Shown here: positions 53,050 to 63,449 of the stretch, in pieces
How positions within the stretch are numbered: the first letter of the stretch is position 1
Layout: every line of letters starts with the position of its first letter
Assembly (NCBI GenBank): GCA_035547515.1
Contig: DASZUS010000056.1
Span: forward strand, 40,451-104,450
Reading direction: 5' to 3'
DNA length: 64,000 bases
DNA from: Mycobacteriales bacterium
GTDB lineage: Bacteria; Actinomycetota; Actinomycetes; JAFAQI01
Translations under genes and position numbers: made by a program
The notes under the pieces: model-generated
Databases searched by the model: none
Seen by the model: the letters and a program-made list of their open reading frames with translations, nothing else
What the model was told of the DNA's origin: nothing

Positions 53050-54393
53050 ATGTCGCAAGCGGAAGGGCGTAGCCGCGCCCGGCGCTCCCGGCGGGTCACG
53101 CCGCCGGGAGCCCGCCGCTGGCACGCCGGCGTCTTTCTCGCCCCGGCACTGATCCTTCTGCTCGCGATCGTCCTCTATCCGCTCGCCTACTCGATCGTCC
53201 GCAGCCTGTTCAACGACACACCGTCCGGCGGGGCCGGCTCCTGGGTCGGTCTCAGCAACTACAAGCACCTCTTCACCGACAGCACGACGCTGCGAGCGCT
53301 GAAGAACAACGTCATCTGGGTCCTCGTCGCTCCGACGGTGGTGACGATCCTCGGGCTGATCTTTGCCGTGCTCTCCGAGCGGATCCGCTGGGCGACGGTG
53401 TTCAAGACCGTGCTGTTCATGCCCATGGCCATCTCCGGCCTTGCCTCGGCGATCACCTTCAGCCTGATCTACGCCGACCAGCCAAGCCGTGGCCTGGCGA
53501 ACACGGTGACGGTCGGCATCCACGACATCTTCGAGGGATCCAGCCGCTACCCCGGCCTGCATCCCCGGGACGCCTCAGTGCTCGAGGGCAGCGACAAGAG
53601 CGGATTCACCACCAAGGCAGCGGTGACACCTGGCGCCGTCGTCATGCTGCCGCTCACCGGCCTCGATCTGACTTCACCGCCGTCGTCGACCGCACAGGCG
53701 GTGACACCAACCGCGGGCACCGGCGTGACCGGGGTGGTGTGGAACGACTTCGCGCTCGGCGGAGGTGGCACCACCGGCTCGGTCGACCATGGCGAGCGAG
53801 GTCTGGGCGGCATGACGATCCAGGCGCTCAGCCAAGGCAAGGTGGTCGCCACCACCAAAGCGGACGCCGACGGAGACTTCAGCTTCCCGTCACTGACGTC
53901 CGGGAGCTACGAGCTGCGGTTGCCTGCGAGCAACTTCGCCGCCGCCTTCAACGGCTTGTCGTGGCTCGGGCCCAACCTGATCACGCCGGCCATCATCCTC
54001 GCCTGGCTCTGGATCTACGCCGGCTTTGCGATGGTCTTGCTCGCTGCCGGCATGAGCGCGCTGCCTCGCGACGCGCTGGAAGCTGCGCGGGTCGACGGCG
54101 CGACCGAGTGGCAGGTGTTCCGGCGGGTCACCGCGCCGCTGCTCGCGCCGGTGCTGCTCGTCGTCTTCGTGACCCTCGTCATCAACGTGCTGAAGGTCTT
54201 CGACATCGTGTTCGTCATCGAGCAGTCGGCCGGGGCGAACGGAAAGTACGGCGACGTGCTCGCGGTGAGCCTCTACCAAGACTTCGGCGACCAGCAGTAC
54301 GGCCTGGCGAGCGCGATCGGCGTGTTCCTCGTGCTCCTCGTCATCCCGGCCGTGGTCAGCAACATCCGACGATTCCGCAGGGACCAGCAATGA
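53050..54393 (+). CDS. sugar ABC transporter permease with large inserted extracytoplasmic beta-sandwich domain
   Basis: 447 aa versus about 300 typical. The EAA-loop region (ALPRDALEAARVDGATEWQVFRRVTAP) is present. An insert at aa ~142-308 contains an SdrD-B/Cna-B-like pattern. Confidence 0.85.
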   Translation: MSQAEGRSRARRSRRVTPPGARRWHAGVFLAPALILLLAIVLYPLAYSIVRSLFNDTPSGGAGSWVGLSNYKHLFTDSTTLRALKNNVIWVLVAPTVVTILGLIFAVLSERIRWATVFKTVLFMPMAISGLASAITFSLIYADQPSRGLANTVTVGIHDIFEGSSRYPGLHPRDASVLEGSDKSGFTTKAAVTPGAVVMLPLTGLDLTSPPSSTAQAVTPTAGTGVTGVVWNDFALGGGGTTGSVDHGERGLGGMTIQALSQGKVVATTKADADGDFSFPSLTSGSYELRLPASNFAAAFNGLSWLGPNLITPAIILAWLWIYAGFAMVLLAAGMSALPRDALEAARVDGATEWQVFRRVTAPLLAPVLLVVFVTLVINVLKVFDIVFVIEQSAGANGKYGDVLAVSLYQDFGDQQYGLASAIGVFLVLLVIPAVVSNIRRFRRDQQ

Positions 54394-55283
54394 CGAGCCT
54401 TGCCAGCACCGACATCGTCACGGGCTCGATTCATCGCAGCCTGGCGGCGCGGATCGTCGCGCGCACCGGTGGCGGTGCGCTGCGCGTGCTGCTCGTGATC
54501 GTCGCGCTGATCTGGCTGGTGCCGACGTTCGGGCTGCTCGTGGAGTCCTTCCGCAACTCCGCTCAGTACACCAACGGCGGCTGGTGGGACGCGATCGCCC
54601 ATCCGGGACAGCTGACGGTCCAGAACTACTCCAACCTGGTCCACAACAGCTCGATCATGTCGTCGTTCGTCAACACCTTCGAGATCACCGTGCCGGCGAC
54701 GCTCCTCGTGATCGTCATCGGTGCGGCGGCGGGCTACGCGTTCGCCTGGATCGAGTTCCCGGGCCGCGACTGGCTGTTTCTCATCGTGGTCGGACTGCTG
54801 GTGATCCCCATCCAGATCGCACTGATCCCGGTACTCAGGCTGTACGGCTGGCTCGGGATCTCCGGCTCGATCGTGTCGGTGGTGCTCTTCCATGTGGCCT
54901 TCGGGCTGCCATTCGCGATCTTCCTGTTGCGCAACTACTTCGCGGGAATCCCACGCGACCTGCTCGAGGCAGCGAGGATGGACGGGGCGAGCGAGGCGCG
55001 GATATTCGTCCGGCTGATCCTTCCGCTCGGCCTGCCGGCGATCGCCTCGCTCGGCATCTTCCAGTTCCTGTGGGTGTGGAACGACCTACTGGTCGCGCTG
55101 GTGTTCACCAACTCGTCGAGCCAGCCGATCACCGTCGCCCTGGCGAGCCAGACCCGCCAGTTCGGCAGCAGCATCGACATCCTCGCGCCAGGTGCCTTCC
55201 TGTCCCTGGTCGTACCGTTGATCGTGTTCCTGGCCTTCCAGCGGTTCTTCGTGCAGGGCGTGATGGCGGGCTCGGTCAAGTAG
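54390..55283 (+). CDS. carbohydrate ABC transporter permease
   Basis: ATG at 54390 overlaps the upstream stop. It is 297 aa with the EAA loop IPRDLLEAARMDGASEARIFVRLILP. Confidence 0.9.
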   Translation: MTSLASTDIVTGSIHRSLAARIVARTGGGALRVLLVIVALIWLVPTFGLLVESFRNSAQYTNGGWWDAIAHPGQLTVQNYSNLVHNSSIMSSFVNTFEITVPATLLVIVIGAAAGYAFAWIEFPGRDWLFLIVVGLLVIPIQIALIPVLRLYGWLGISGSIVSVVLFHVAFGLPFAIFLLRNYFAGIPRDLLEAARMDGASEARIFVRLILPLGLPAIASLGIFQFLWVWNDLLVALVFTNSSSQPITVALASQTRQFGSSIDILAPGAFLSLVVPLIVFLAFQRFFVQGVMAGSVK

Positions 55284-55333
55284 CCGGGGCACGCAGGGTT
55301 TTGCGTCGATGGGCACCCGTAGGGTGACTTTTG

Positions 55334-58300
55334 ATGAGCGGCAGCGCGACTGCGGAGATCCCGGCGTGGGTCTTCGAGTGGACGGACCACGACCTCCGCG
55401 CATGGTTCGGCGACCCGACGTTCGAGAGGGGCCGGGCATACGCGCGCGAGGGCGCGGTCCGGATCGTCCCGACCGGCGCCGCCAGCAACATGGTGCTCGC
55501 CCAAGTCGCTGGCAACTCCCCTTCGCCGTACCAGACCCGGGTCAGCCGCCCTTCCTCGGCACGCCGCCAGATCACCAGCCGGTGCAGCTGCCCGATCGCG
55601 GTCGACTGCAAGCACGCGGTCGCGGTCATGCTCGCCGCCCGAGAGCAGTACGGCGACCAGTCCGGCGACCAGCGCAGCGCCAGGCAGGCCTCCGGACCGG
55701 CGTGGGCCGGCCTGCTCGACGACCTGGTGGCGCCGACCGCGAGCGAGCAGCCCGCCCCGATGGCGCTGCAGCTCGAGATCGTGCAACCGCGCAACGCACC
55801 TGGCTTGCGGGTGCGGCTGCGGCCGATGGCGCAAGGCAAGTCCGGCTGGATCAAAACCGGCGCGTCGTGGGGCGGGCTCGAGCACCACTACTACGGCTAC
55901 CGCGCCGCCACCCCGAGCCGCGCCCAGCAGGCGTGGGCCAGGGAGGTGCTGGCGATCGTCCGCAGCCGGCTGCCGTCGTACTACTCGTCCTACACCGAGC
56001 CCGTGGTCTATCTCGACGAGCTAGGCCCGGCCGCTTGGCGGCTGATGGCGGAAGCTCGCCGCGCCGGCTACACCCTGATCGGTGCGCACGGCGGCGAGGT
56101 CGAGGTGGAGGAGACACCGGCCCGAGTTGCCGTCGACCTCCGCCGTAGCGCCGAGGGCGACGTCACTATGACCACCGCGCTGCACCACCCGGCCGGGTGG
56201 GACGTGCCGTCGCATGCCCTGCTGATCGGTGATCCGGCGCACGGCGCGGTCATCTCCACCGCGGACCTGCTGCGACTCGTCCCACTCGACCCGCCCGTCG
56301 AGCCCGCCACACAGCGCCTGCTCGGGGCGAGTCCGGTCGTCATTCCCCAGCCCGAAGTCGCGCGGTTCCTCGCCGAGTACTACCCCACGCTGAGCCGTCG
56401 GCTGTCCATCACGTCGAGCGACGCCAGCGTCTCACTCCCCACGATCGAACCGCCTCGTCTCAGCGTCCAGGTGACCTTCCAGCCCGACCACGTGGCGACC
56501 GTCGATGCGTCGTTCCGCTATCGCGTCGGCGACCAGTCACGTGACGTGCCGCTCGACGGCGGCGCCCACGACGCCGGGCGCGACCTCACCGCGGAGAACG
56601 ACCTCGTCGCGCGGCTCGACGTCCTCGACCTGGTGCCTGGCCTCCGGCTCCGCACGCCGCAGGGATACCGGCTCGTGGCGAGCGCGACGGTTCGCCGGCT
56701 CGACACCGCAGACCTCGTCGAACGCGTCCTCCCGGCACTCGCTGCCGACGATGCGGTCGAGCTGAGCGTGGTCGGCGAGCCGGCGCCGTACGGCGAAGCC
56801 GACACCGCGCCTCTCGTCTCTGTCGCGATGCGCGACGACGAGGCGGATCCTGACTGGTTCGACCTCGACGTCACGGTGTCGGTGGACGGGGAGACGGTGC
56901 CGTTCACGCCGCTGTTCACCGCCATGTCGCTCGGCGAGGACCGCCTGCTGCTGGACAGCGGCACCTGGTTCCGCCTCGATCGTCCCGAGCTGCAACGGCT
57001 CAGGGGGCTGATCGAAGAGGCCAGGGCTCTCGAGGACCGGCCCGGTCGAGGCCTGCGACTGACCCCGGTCCAGGCCGGCCTGTGGGAGGAGCTGGTCAGC
57101 CTGGGCGTGGTGACCGAGCAAAGCGAACGTTGGTCGCGATCCGCTGGCGCGTTGCTGTCACTCACCGAGCTGCCCCGACCCGATCCGCCACACAAGCTGC
57201 AGGCCGAGCTGCGGCCCTACCAGGTCGACGGCTACCACTGGCTCAGCCTGCTCTGGGACCTGCAGCTCGGCGGGATCCTTGCCGACGACATGGGCCTCGG
57301 CAAGACCGTCCAGACCCTCGCGATGGCCGCCCGGGCCAAGGAGGCCGGAACCCTCGGGGCCGGAGCGGGCCCGCTGCTGATCGTGACCCCGACCAGCGTG
57401 ATGTCGACCTGGGCCGAGCAGGCGAAGGCGTTCTGCCCAGACCTCGACGTACGCGTGGTGGCCGAGACCGAGCGCCGGTCCGGATCGACGGTCGGCTCGC
57501 AGGCCGACGGCGCCGACTTGGTGATCACGTCGTTCACGCTGTTCCGCATCGACGAGGAGGCATACCGCTCGGTGCGCTGGTGCGGGCTCGTCCTCGACGA
57601 GGCGCAGTTCGTGAAGAACCATCAGGCCAAGACCTACCAGTGCGCGCGCCGGCTTCCCACGCCGTTCAAGCTGGCCATCACCGGGACGCCGATGGAGAAC
57701 TCCCTGATGGACCTGTGGTCCATGCTGTCCATCGTCGCGCCCGGCCTGTTCCCCAACCCGCAGCGGTTCAGCGAGTTCTTCCGGCGGCCGATCGAGAACG
57801 GCACCGCGCCGGAGCGCCTCGATGCGTTGCGGCGCAGGGTCCGGCCGCTGATGTTGCGGCGTACCAAGGAGCTGGTGGCCGCCGACCTGCCGCCGAAGAC
57901 CGAGCAGGTCCTCGACGTACCACTCAACCCGCAGCACCGGCGGGTCTACGACACCCATCTCAACCGCGAGCGTCAGCGCGTCCTGCGACTGGTCACCGAC
58001 CTGGACAAGAACCGGATCACGATCCTGCAGTCGCTCACCATGCTTCGGCAGCTCAGCCTCGACGCGGCGCTGATCGACGAGACGTACGCCGGCAAGGTCC
58101 GCTCCAGCAAGATCGACGTGCTGGTCGAACACCTCAGGGAGGTCGCGGCCGAAGGGCACCGGGCGCTGGTGTTCAGCCAGTTCGCCCGGTTCCTGGGATC
58201 GGTGCGCACCCGGCTCGGCGAAGAGGGCATCGGGTGCTGCTACCTCGACGGCAGGACCCGCGACCGAGACCGCCGGATCGCCGAGTTCACCGAAGGCGAC

Positions 58301-58612
58301 GACCCGGTGTTCTTGATCAGCCTCAAGGCCGGCGGCTTCGGCTTGAACCTCACCGCTGCCGACTACGTCTACGTCCTGGACCCCTGGTGGAACCCGGCGG
58401 CCGAGGAACAGGCGATCGACCGCGCCCACCGGATCGGGCAGGACAAGCCAGTGATGGTCTACCGGCTCGTCGCGACGGACACGATCGAGCAGAAGGTGCT
58501 CGCACTGCAGCAGCGCAAGCGCGACCTGTTCGCGCAGGTCGTCGACGGCGGTGCAGCATCGAGCGGCGCGCTCACAGCGGACGACATCAGGGAGCTGTTC
58601 GCGGCGGGGTGA
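55334..58612 (+). CDS. SNF2-family helicase with N-terminal SWIM zinc finger
   Basis: It has SWIM (CSCPIAVDCKHAVAV), SNF2 motif I (LADDMGLGKT), DEAQFVKN, and the helicase C motifs LISLKAGGFGLNLTAADYV...WWNPAAEEQAIDRAHRIGQ. Confidence 0.9.
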   Translation: MSGSATAEIPAWVFEWTDHDLRAWFGDPTFERGRAYAREGAVRIVPTGAASNMVLAQVAGNSPSPYQTRVSRPSSARRQITSRCSCPIAVDCKHAVAVMLAAREQYGDQSGDQRSARQASGPAWAGLLDDLVAPTASEQPAPMALQLEIVQPRNAPGLRVRLRPMAQGKSGWIKTGASWGGLEHHYYGYRAATPSRAQQAWAREVLAIVRSRLPSYYSSYTEPVVYLDELGPAAWRLMAEARRAGYTLIGAHGGEVEVEETPARVAVDLRRSAEGDVTMTTALHHPAGWDVPSHALLIGDPAHGAVISTADLLRLVPLDPPVEPATQRLLGASPVVIPQPEVARFLAEYYPTLSRRLSITSSDASVSLPTIEPPRLSVQVTFQPDHVATVDASFRYRVGDQSRDVPLDGGAHDAGRDLTAENDLVARLDVLDLVPGLRLRTPQGYRLVASATVRRLDTADLVERVLPALAADDAVELSVVGEPAPYGEADTAPLVSVAMRDDEADPDWFDLDVTVSVDGETVPFTPLFTAMSLGEDRLLLDSGTWFRLDRPELQRLRGLIEEARALEDRPGRGLRLTPVQAGLWEELVSLGVVTEQSERWSRSAGALLSLTELPRPDPPHKLQAELRPYQVDGYHWLSLLWDLQLGGILADDMGLGKTVQTLAMAARAKEAGTLGAGAGPLLIVTPTSVMSTWAEQAKAFCPDLDVRVVAETERRSGSTVGSQADGADLVITSFTLFRIDEEAYRSVRWCGLVLDEAQFVKNHQAKTYQCARRLPTPFKLAITGTPMENSLMDLWSMLSIVAPGLFPNPQRFSEFFRRPIENGTAPERLDALRRRVRPLMLRRTKELVAADLPPKTEQVLDVPLNPQHRRVYDTHLNRERQRVLRLVTDLDKNRITILQSLTMLRQLSLDAALIDETYAGKVRSSKIDVLVEHLREVAAEGHRALVFSQFARFLGSVRTRLGEEGIGCCYLDGRTRDRDRRIAEFTEGDDPVFLISLKAGGFGLNLTAADYVYVLDPWWNPAAEEQAIDRAHRIGQDKPVMVYRLVATDTIEQKVLALQQRKRDLFAQVVDGGAASSGALTADDIRELFAAG

Positions 58613-59678
58613 GGCGGACCGGCTCGCCGTCCCTGACCTGCACCATGCACCCGCTCAGCACCCCACCCGACCACAGCTGCAGCCCGAGCACCATCCCGGC
58701 CTCGAGCGGCTCGTTCGCGAAGCCGGTCAGGTCAGCGGGGCCGCCCGCGACCGGCGGCTCGACCCCCATCCCGAGCCCGACGACGACCGGTCCGGGCTGG
58801 GGCTGGTCGCCGGCGAACGCCGCGAGCTGAGACGGCAGGCAGCCGGGCCGGCAAGCCGCGACGAGCTCCGTCAGCGCTGCCGGCTCCTCGGCGGGCTGAC
58901 CAGGAACCCAGGTGCGCACGACCGCCGCTTCGTAGCCGGCGTACATGACGGCGGCGCTGATCACGAACGAGTCGCCATCGCTCACCACGCGGCCGGATGC
59001 GCCGGGCAGCGGCGGCAGGTCGCCGGCCACCCGGAAGATCCCGGCGAAGGCCGGGATAGTGACGGCGTACGACGAGGCCATCGCGTCCATGAACGCGGCC
59101 TGCACTTCACGCTCGCTCACCCCCGGCGCGATCCGCTCTACCGCTGCCGCGAGGCATCCCTCGGCGATCCCGATCCCGGTGCGCATCACCTCGATCTCTG
59201 CAGGCGTCTTGACCCGGCGTACCTCGCGCATCAGCGCTTCGCCGTCGACCAGCTCGACGCCGGGAGCGAGCATGTCGAGCAGGCCCGCGATTCCCGGGCT
59301 CATGCCGTCGGCGGCGATTCGGTTGCAGTCCGAGAGCCCTTCGGCGCGCACCAGCCCGGACACCGCCTCGCGGGGGTTCCAGGTCAGCCCGGTGAGGTTC
59401 TCGTGGGGGATCTCGGCAGGGATCCCGTCGTCCCAGGTGCTCGCGGCGAGATGGATCCCGCCGGTGCTTCGGACCAGCACCACCATGGGCCCGAAGCCGC
59501 CGAGGACTGCCCGCCACAGGTCACGGTGGCCGGCGACGTACTTGCCGTTGCCACTGCGACCGAGGATCAGCGCGTCGACGCCGTCGCGTTCCATCGCGGC
59601 GAGCACCCGCGCCTTGCGCTCGGCGCGCAGCTCCGCGAATGCCGGGCCGTACTCCGCGCCGACCAGGGTCGCCGTCAC
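58587..59678 (-). CDS. M24 family metallopeptidase-like protein (creatinase/Xaa-Pro peptidase fold)
   Basis: GTG at 59678 overlaps the upstream stop (GTGA). It has a creatinase_N-like N-terminus (RVLAAMERDGVDALIL) and a pita-bread domain (VKTPAEIEVMR...). Confidence 0.7.
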   Translation of the reverse strand: MTATLVGAEYGPAFAELRAERKARVLAAMERDGVDALILGRSGNGKYVAGHRDLWRAVLGGFGPMVVLVRSTGGIHLAASTWDDGIPAEIPHENLTGLTWNPREAVSGLVRAEGLSDCNRIAADGMSPGIAGLLDMLAPGVELVDGEALMREVRRVKTPAEIEVMRTGIGIAEGCLAAAVERIAPGVSEREVQAAFMDAMASSYAVTIPAFAGIFRVAGDLPPLPGASGRVVSDGDSFVISAAVMYAGYEAAVVRTWVPGQPAEEPAALTELVAACRPGCLPSQLAAFAGDQPQPGPVVVGLGMGVEPPVAGGPADLTGFANEPLEAGMVLGLQLWSGGVLSGCMVQVRDGEPVRLTPPRTAP

Positions 59679-60904
59679 AGGAACGGGGTGTCCGGGTAGG
59701 ACGAGACGCGCTCCGCGCCGTCGTCGGTGATGATGACGAGCTCCTCGCAGCGGTAGCCGCATTCGCCGTCGGCCCAGGTGATCGGCTCGATGACGACGGC
59801 CATGCCCGGCTCGAGGATCAGCTTCTCGTCGGCCTCCGGGCCGAGATCGGAGCCGAAGCGCTGCTGCTCGCCACCCTCGAGGCCGAGGGTATGCCCGAGG
59901 AAGTAGTGGTCCAGCCACGGTTTGCGACCGCCGTTGAGCTCGGTCGCCAGCGCGCACAGCTCCGCGCCGCTGACGCCCGGCTTCATCGCGTCGAGGACCG
60001 CCTGGGTGATGTCGCTCCACTGCTCGTACAACGACCGCTGTGTCGCGGTCGGCCGGTCGACGAACCAGGTACGGCCCACGTCGGAGGAGTAGCCCTCGTA
60101 CCCCATGACGGTGTCGGTCCAGATCACGTCACCGGCGCCGACGACTTGGTCCGTCGTGATCAGCGCGAACGGCACGTCGCCATTGGTGCTCCACGGCCCG
60201 TCCGCGATCCTCGACGGCATCACCTGGAAGACCGGGTCGAGGAAGTTGCAGGTCGCGCCGAGCTCGTAGAGGCGGCGGTAGTACGTCCCCACCAGCTCGG
60301 TCAGGCGGACACCGGGACGGACCAGCTCCTCGGCGGCGGCGTTCGCGGCCTCGTTGATCAGCCAGGCCCGCCACATGCACTCGACCTCGTCCTCGGTCTT
60401 GTGCAGCCGGGCTGCGACGAGCAGGGGTGTCGCGGACTTGAGCTGCCATCCCGGTGCGAGCCGCGGCAGCCCGACGTGCATGGCGAACGTGCTGTCGTCG
60501 ACGCCGACGACGGCGTCGGCGGGAACGAGGTCGCCGACCCGCCGCACCAGGTCGGCAACGCCCGCTTCGTTGTCCGGCCACAGCGGCGGGTGAACGTGGT
60601 CGGGCGGCAGCTCGCCGGGCGCCAGCTCCGGCCACGACGTGAAGATGTGCGGGTAGCGCTCCCCCGCCACGACGAGCACGGCGGTCCGCTGGTGCACCGC
60701 GCGCCCGCCGTCGACCGCGGGAAGGCGCATCCCGCTGGCGTAGAGGACGTTGCCGCTGGTGATCAGCAGGATCGCGTCGAGGTGTCGGTCGGCGAGCTGG
60801 GCCAGCAGCTTGGCATGCCGGTCGCGGCGCATCCGGACCAGGTCGAGCCGGCCGTTGGCCAGCCGCGCGTCGGCCTTCTCGGCGTACTCGATGGCGAGGC
60901 TCAT
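59675..60904 (-). CDS. M24 family metallopeptidase (creatinase/Xaa-Pro dipeptidase-like)
   Basis: ATG at 60904 overlaps the SDR stop (ATGA). LHKTEDEVECMW..., DTVMGYEGYSSDVGRTW, HTLGLEGGE and MAVVIEP are present. Confidence 0.75.
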   Translation of the reverse strand: MSLAIEYAEKADARLANGRLDLVRMRRDRHAKLLAQLADRHLDAILLITSGNVLYASGMRLPAVDGGRAVHQRTAVLVVAGERYPHIFTSWPELAPGELPPDHVHPPLWPDNEAGVADLVRRVGDLVPADAVVGVDDSTFAMHVGLPRLAPGWQLKSATPLLVAARLHKTEDEVECMWRAWLINEAANAAAEELVRPGVRLTELVGTYYRRLYELGATCNFLDPVFQVMPSRIADGPWSTNGDVPFALITTDQVVGAGDVIWTDTVMGYEGYSSDVGRTWFVDRPTATQRSLYEQWSDITQAVLDAMKPGVSGAELCALATELNGGRKPWLDHYFLGHTLGLEGGEQQRFGSDLGPEADEKLILEPGMAVVIEPITWADGECGYRCEELVIITDDGAERVSSYPDTPFL

Positions 60905-61734
60905 GCCGGCCATCCCGCAAGCAGCTGATGCTCCTTGCAGAACTTCTGCGCGGACAGGGTCTTGCCGTTCCATTCGGCGGCCTCGTCATGGGTGGCGAGC
61001 CAGGCGACGGCTGCGCCGACGACGTCCGGCGGCGCGCCGGCACTGGCGGCGAAGCCGAACGTCCCCATGTCGGCGGCCATCCGCTCGGTGGCGATGAACC
61101 CGGGCGAGACGTTGACGACCAGTACGCCGGTGCCGGCAACCTCGTGTGCCAGAACGCCGGCGGCTCGGTGCAGCGCGCCCTTGCTGATCGCGTAGCCAAG
61201 CCCCCAGCCGCCGTTGCCGGCCGCGGCGGGTGGGTCCGCCCAGGCGACGTGCGACGTCATGTTGACGATCAGCCCCTTGCCTGCGGCGATCATGCCCGGC
61301 AGCACCGCGCGGGTCAGCGTCAGCGGCGCCATCACGTTCGCCTCGAGATGGGCGTCGAGCAGCTCCACGGGAGTGTCCAGCAGCAGGTCCATGTGACCGG
61401 GCCCGATGTAGCGGCCGTTGTTCACCAAGACGTCGACGCGCCCGTGGCGCTCGAGGACGAGGTCGACGGCGGCCTGGACCGACGCGCGGTCGAGCAGGTC
61501 GGCCGGCACCGTCTCGGCGCGAGCGCCGGCAGCGCGCACCAGGTCCGCAGTGGTGTCCAGCGAGCCGGGCAGCGGCGTCGTGTCGGAGCGATGCACGGTC
61601 GAGCTGTGCTCGCGGGCCTCGCCTTCGCTGACCGTGCGGGCGAGCAGTGCGACGTCGTAGCCGGCCCGCGCCAGATGCAGCGCGCAGGCTTTGCCGATCC
61701 CGCGGCTCGCGCCGGTGACCAACGCGATGGCCAC
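60901..61734 (-). CDS. SDR family oxidoreductase
   Basis: GTG at 61734 gives VAIALVTGASRGIGKACALHLARAGYDV (TGxxxGxG). The catalytic Y..xK context is YAISKGAL. Confidence 0.85.
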   Translation of the reverse strand: MAIALVTGASRGIGKACALHLARAGYDVALLARTVSEGEAREHSSTVHRSDTTPLPGSLDTTADLVRAAGARAETVPADLLDRASVQAAVDLVLERHGRVDVLVNNGRYIGPGHMDLLLDTPVELLDAHLEANVMAPLTLTRAVLPGMIAAGKGLIVNMTSHVAWADPPAAAGNGGWGLGYAISKGALHRAAGVLAHEVAGTGVLVVNVSPGFIATERMAADMGTFGFAASAGAPPDVVGAAVAWLATHDEAAEWNGKTLSAQKFCKEHQLLAGWPA

Positions 61735-63449
61735 TAGATGCTCACGGTCTCGGTGTCGCGACCGGAGCGCAGGACCGTCCCGGGAGTCGCGCCGGTAAGC
61801 ACGTCGTCGGTGACGATCTCGACGCCGGCGACAAACACGTGCTTGATGCCGACGCCTTCGGCGAACAGCCGCATCCCGCCGCCGGGCAGGTCGTCGCGCG
61901 CTCGAGCCGGCGCACTGTCGACCGTGTCCGGGTCGAAGACGACCAGGTCGGCGTGCCAGCCCTCGGCGACCCTGCCGCGCCGGCTCAGTCCGTAGAGCCG
62001 CGCAGGCACGTCGGTGAGCTGGTGCACTGCCTCTTCCAGCGACATCAGCCCGCGACGGCGCACCGCCTCTGAGAGCACCCGGGTCGTGTAGTTGGCGTGG
62101 CACATCAGGTCCAGGTGGGCTCCGGCGTCCGATCCCCCGATCACCACCCGGGGGTCTCGCCACACCTCGACCCGGCGCTCCCATCCTTCGTCGCTGGCGC
62201 CGAGTGACGGCACGAGTGAGGGCAGCACCATCGTCAGCGGCAGCCGGTCGGGTAGGACCACGTCGAGCAAGACGTCGATGGCGTCGACACCCCGCTCGGC
62301 CGCGATGTCGGCGATGGTCCGCCCGACGTAGCGCTCCTGAGCGGCATGTGCGGCCTCGGCGACTTCGATCAGCTCCGGCGTCGCGGCGGCCGCGATCCCC
62401 GATGCGGCAGCTTTCGCCGCGCCGTCGCGCAGCCGCTGTCGAGTGGCCGGGTCGGCGAGGGCGGTACGGCGTTCATCGTCCGGCATCCGGACCACGGACT
62501 TCCATCCGGGCAAGGCGTCGAGCACTCGGTCGGCGCGCAGCCGCATCAGGTCCGGCAGCGTCAGGGCCACGACGTGAGCGCCCTTGCCGGCAGCACGGTC
62601 CGACGCGGTGAGCTGCTGCGCATAGACCTCGGTCGGCGACAGGCTGCCGAGCAGGTTCCAGTTGAGCGGCCGACCGGCGGCGAGCGACATGTCGGCCATC
62701 AGCTCCGCACGGTCCTCCGCAATCTCGCCGAGGCCGGGAATGAACTCCAGCGTCGTTCCGGGATGCTTCCCAACCGCGCTCGCGAGCGCGAGGAACTCGT
62801 CGCGGTCGGCGTAGCGGCTCGGGACCGGCTCGTCGTCACCGTCGGTGTGCGCCTCGCCGAGCGAGGAGGACAGCCCGATCGCCCCGTCGTTCATCGCTTG
62901 GTGTGCGAGCTCGACGATCCGGGCGCGTCCGGCCTCGTCGAGCTCGCCGCCGACGGCGTCCTCGCCGAGCACCATCCGGCGCAGGGTCGAGTGTCCGGCC
63001 AGGAAGCCGACGTTCGGCCCCACCCGGTTCTCCAGGGTGTCGAGGTAGTCACCGAACGAACGCCACGACCAGGACGCCGACTGCAGCGCCGCGAGCGGCA
63101 TCCCCTCGACCTTCGCCATCATCGCCGCGACATAGCCGGCGCCGTTGTCGTCGAGCGGCGCGATCGTGAAGCCGCAGTTGCCCCCGAAGACGGTGGTCAC
63201 TCCGTGCAGCGGCGACGGCGACGCGCTCGGGTCCCACAGCAGCTGCGCGTCGTAGTGGGTGTGGATGTCGACGAATCCCGGGGCCACCACCAGCCCGTCG
63301 ACGTCGATGCTGCGCCGTGCGAGCTCCTCCGTCGGGCCGATCGAGACGATCCGGCCGGCGCGGATCCCGACATCGGCGCACCGCCGCGGGGCACCGGTGC
63401 CGTCGACGACCTCGCCGCCGCGCAGGAGCAGGTCGAGCATCAGGACCAT
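61734..63449 (-). CDS. N-acyl-D-amino-acid deacylase family amidohydrolase
   Basis: MVLMLDLLLRGGEVVDGTGAP...GFVDIHTHYD...GSDAGAH... The alternative start ATG at 63440 shares one nucleotide with the upstream stop. Confidence 0.8.
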   Translation of the reverse strand: MVLMLDLLLRGGEVVDGTGAPRRCADVGIRAGRIVSIGPTEELARRSIDVDGLVVAPGFVDIHTHYDAQLLWDPSASPSPLHGVTTVFGGNCGFTIAPLDDNGAGYVAAMMAKVEGMPLAALQSASWSWRSFGDYLDTLENRVGPNVGFLAGHSTLRRMVLGEDAVGGELDEAGRARIVELAHQAMNDGAIGLSSSLGEAHTDGDDEPVPSRYADRDEFLALASAVGKHPGTTLEFIPGLGEIAEDRAELMADMSLAAGRPLNWNLLGSLSPTEVYAQQLTASDRAAGKGAHVVALTLPDLMRLRADRVLDALPGWKSVVRMPDDERRTALADPATRQRLRDGAAKAAASGIAAAATPELIEVAEAAHAAQERYVGRTIADIAAERGVDAIDVLLDVVLPDRLPLTMVLPSLVPSLGASDEGWERRVEVWRDPRVVIGGSDAGAHLDLMCHANYTTRVLSEAVRRRGLMSLEEAVHQLTDVPARLYGLSRRGRVAEGWHADLVVFDPDTVDSAPARARDDLPGGGMRLFAEGVGIKHVFVAGVEIVTDDVLTGATPGTVLRSGRDTETVSI

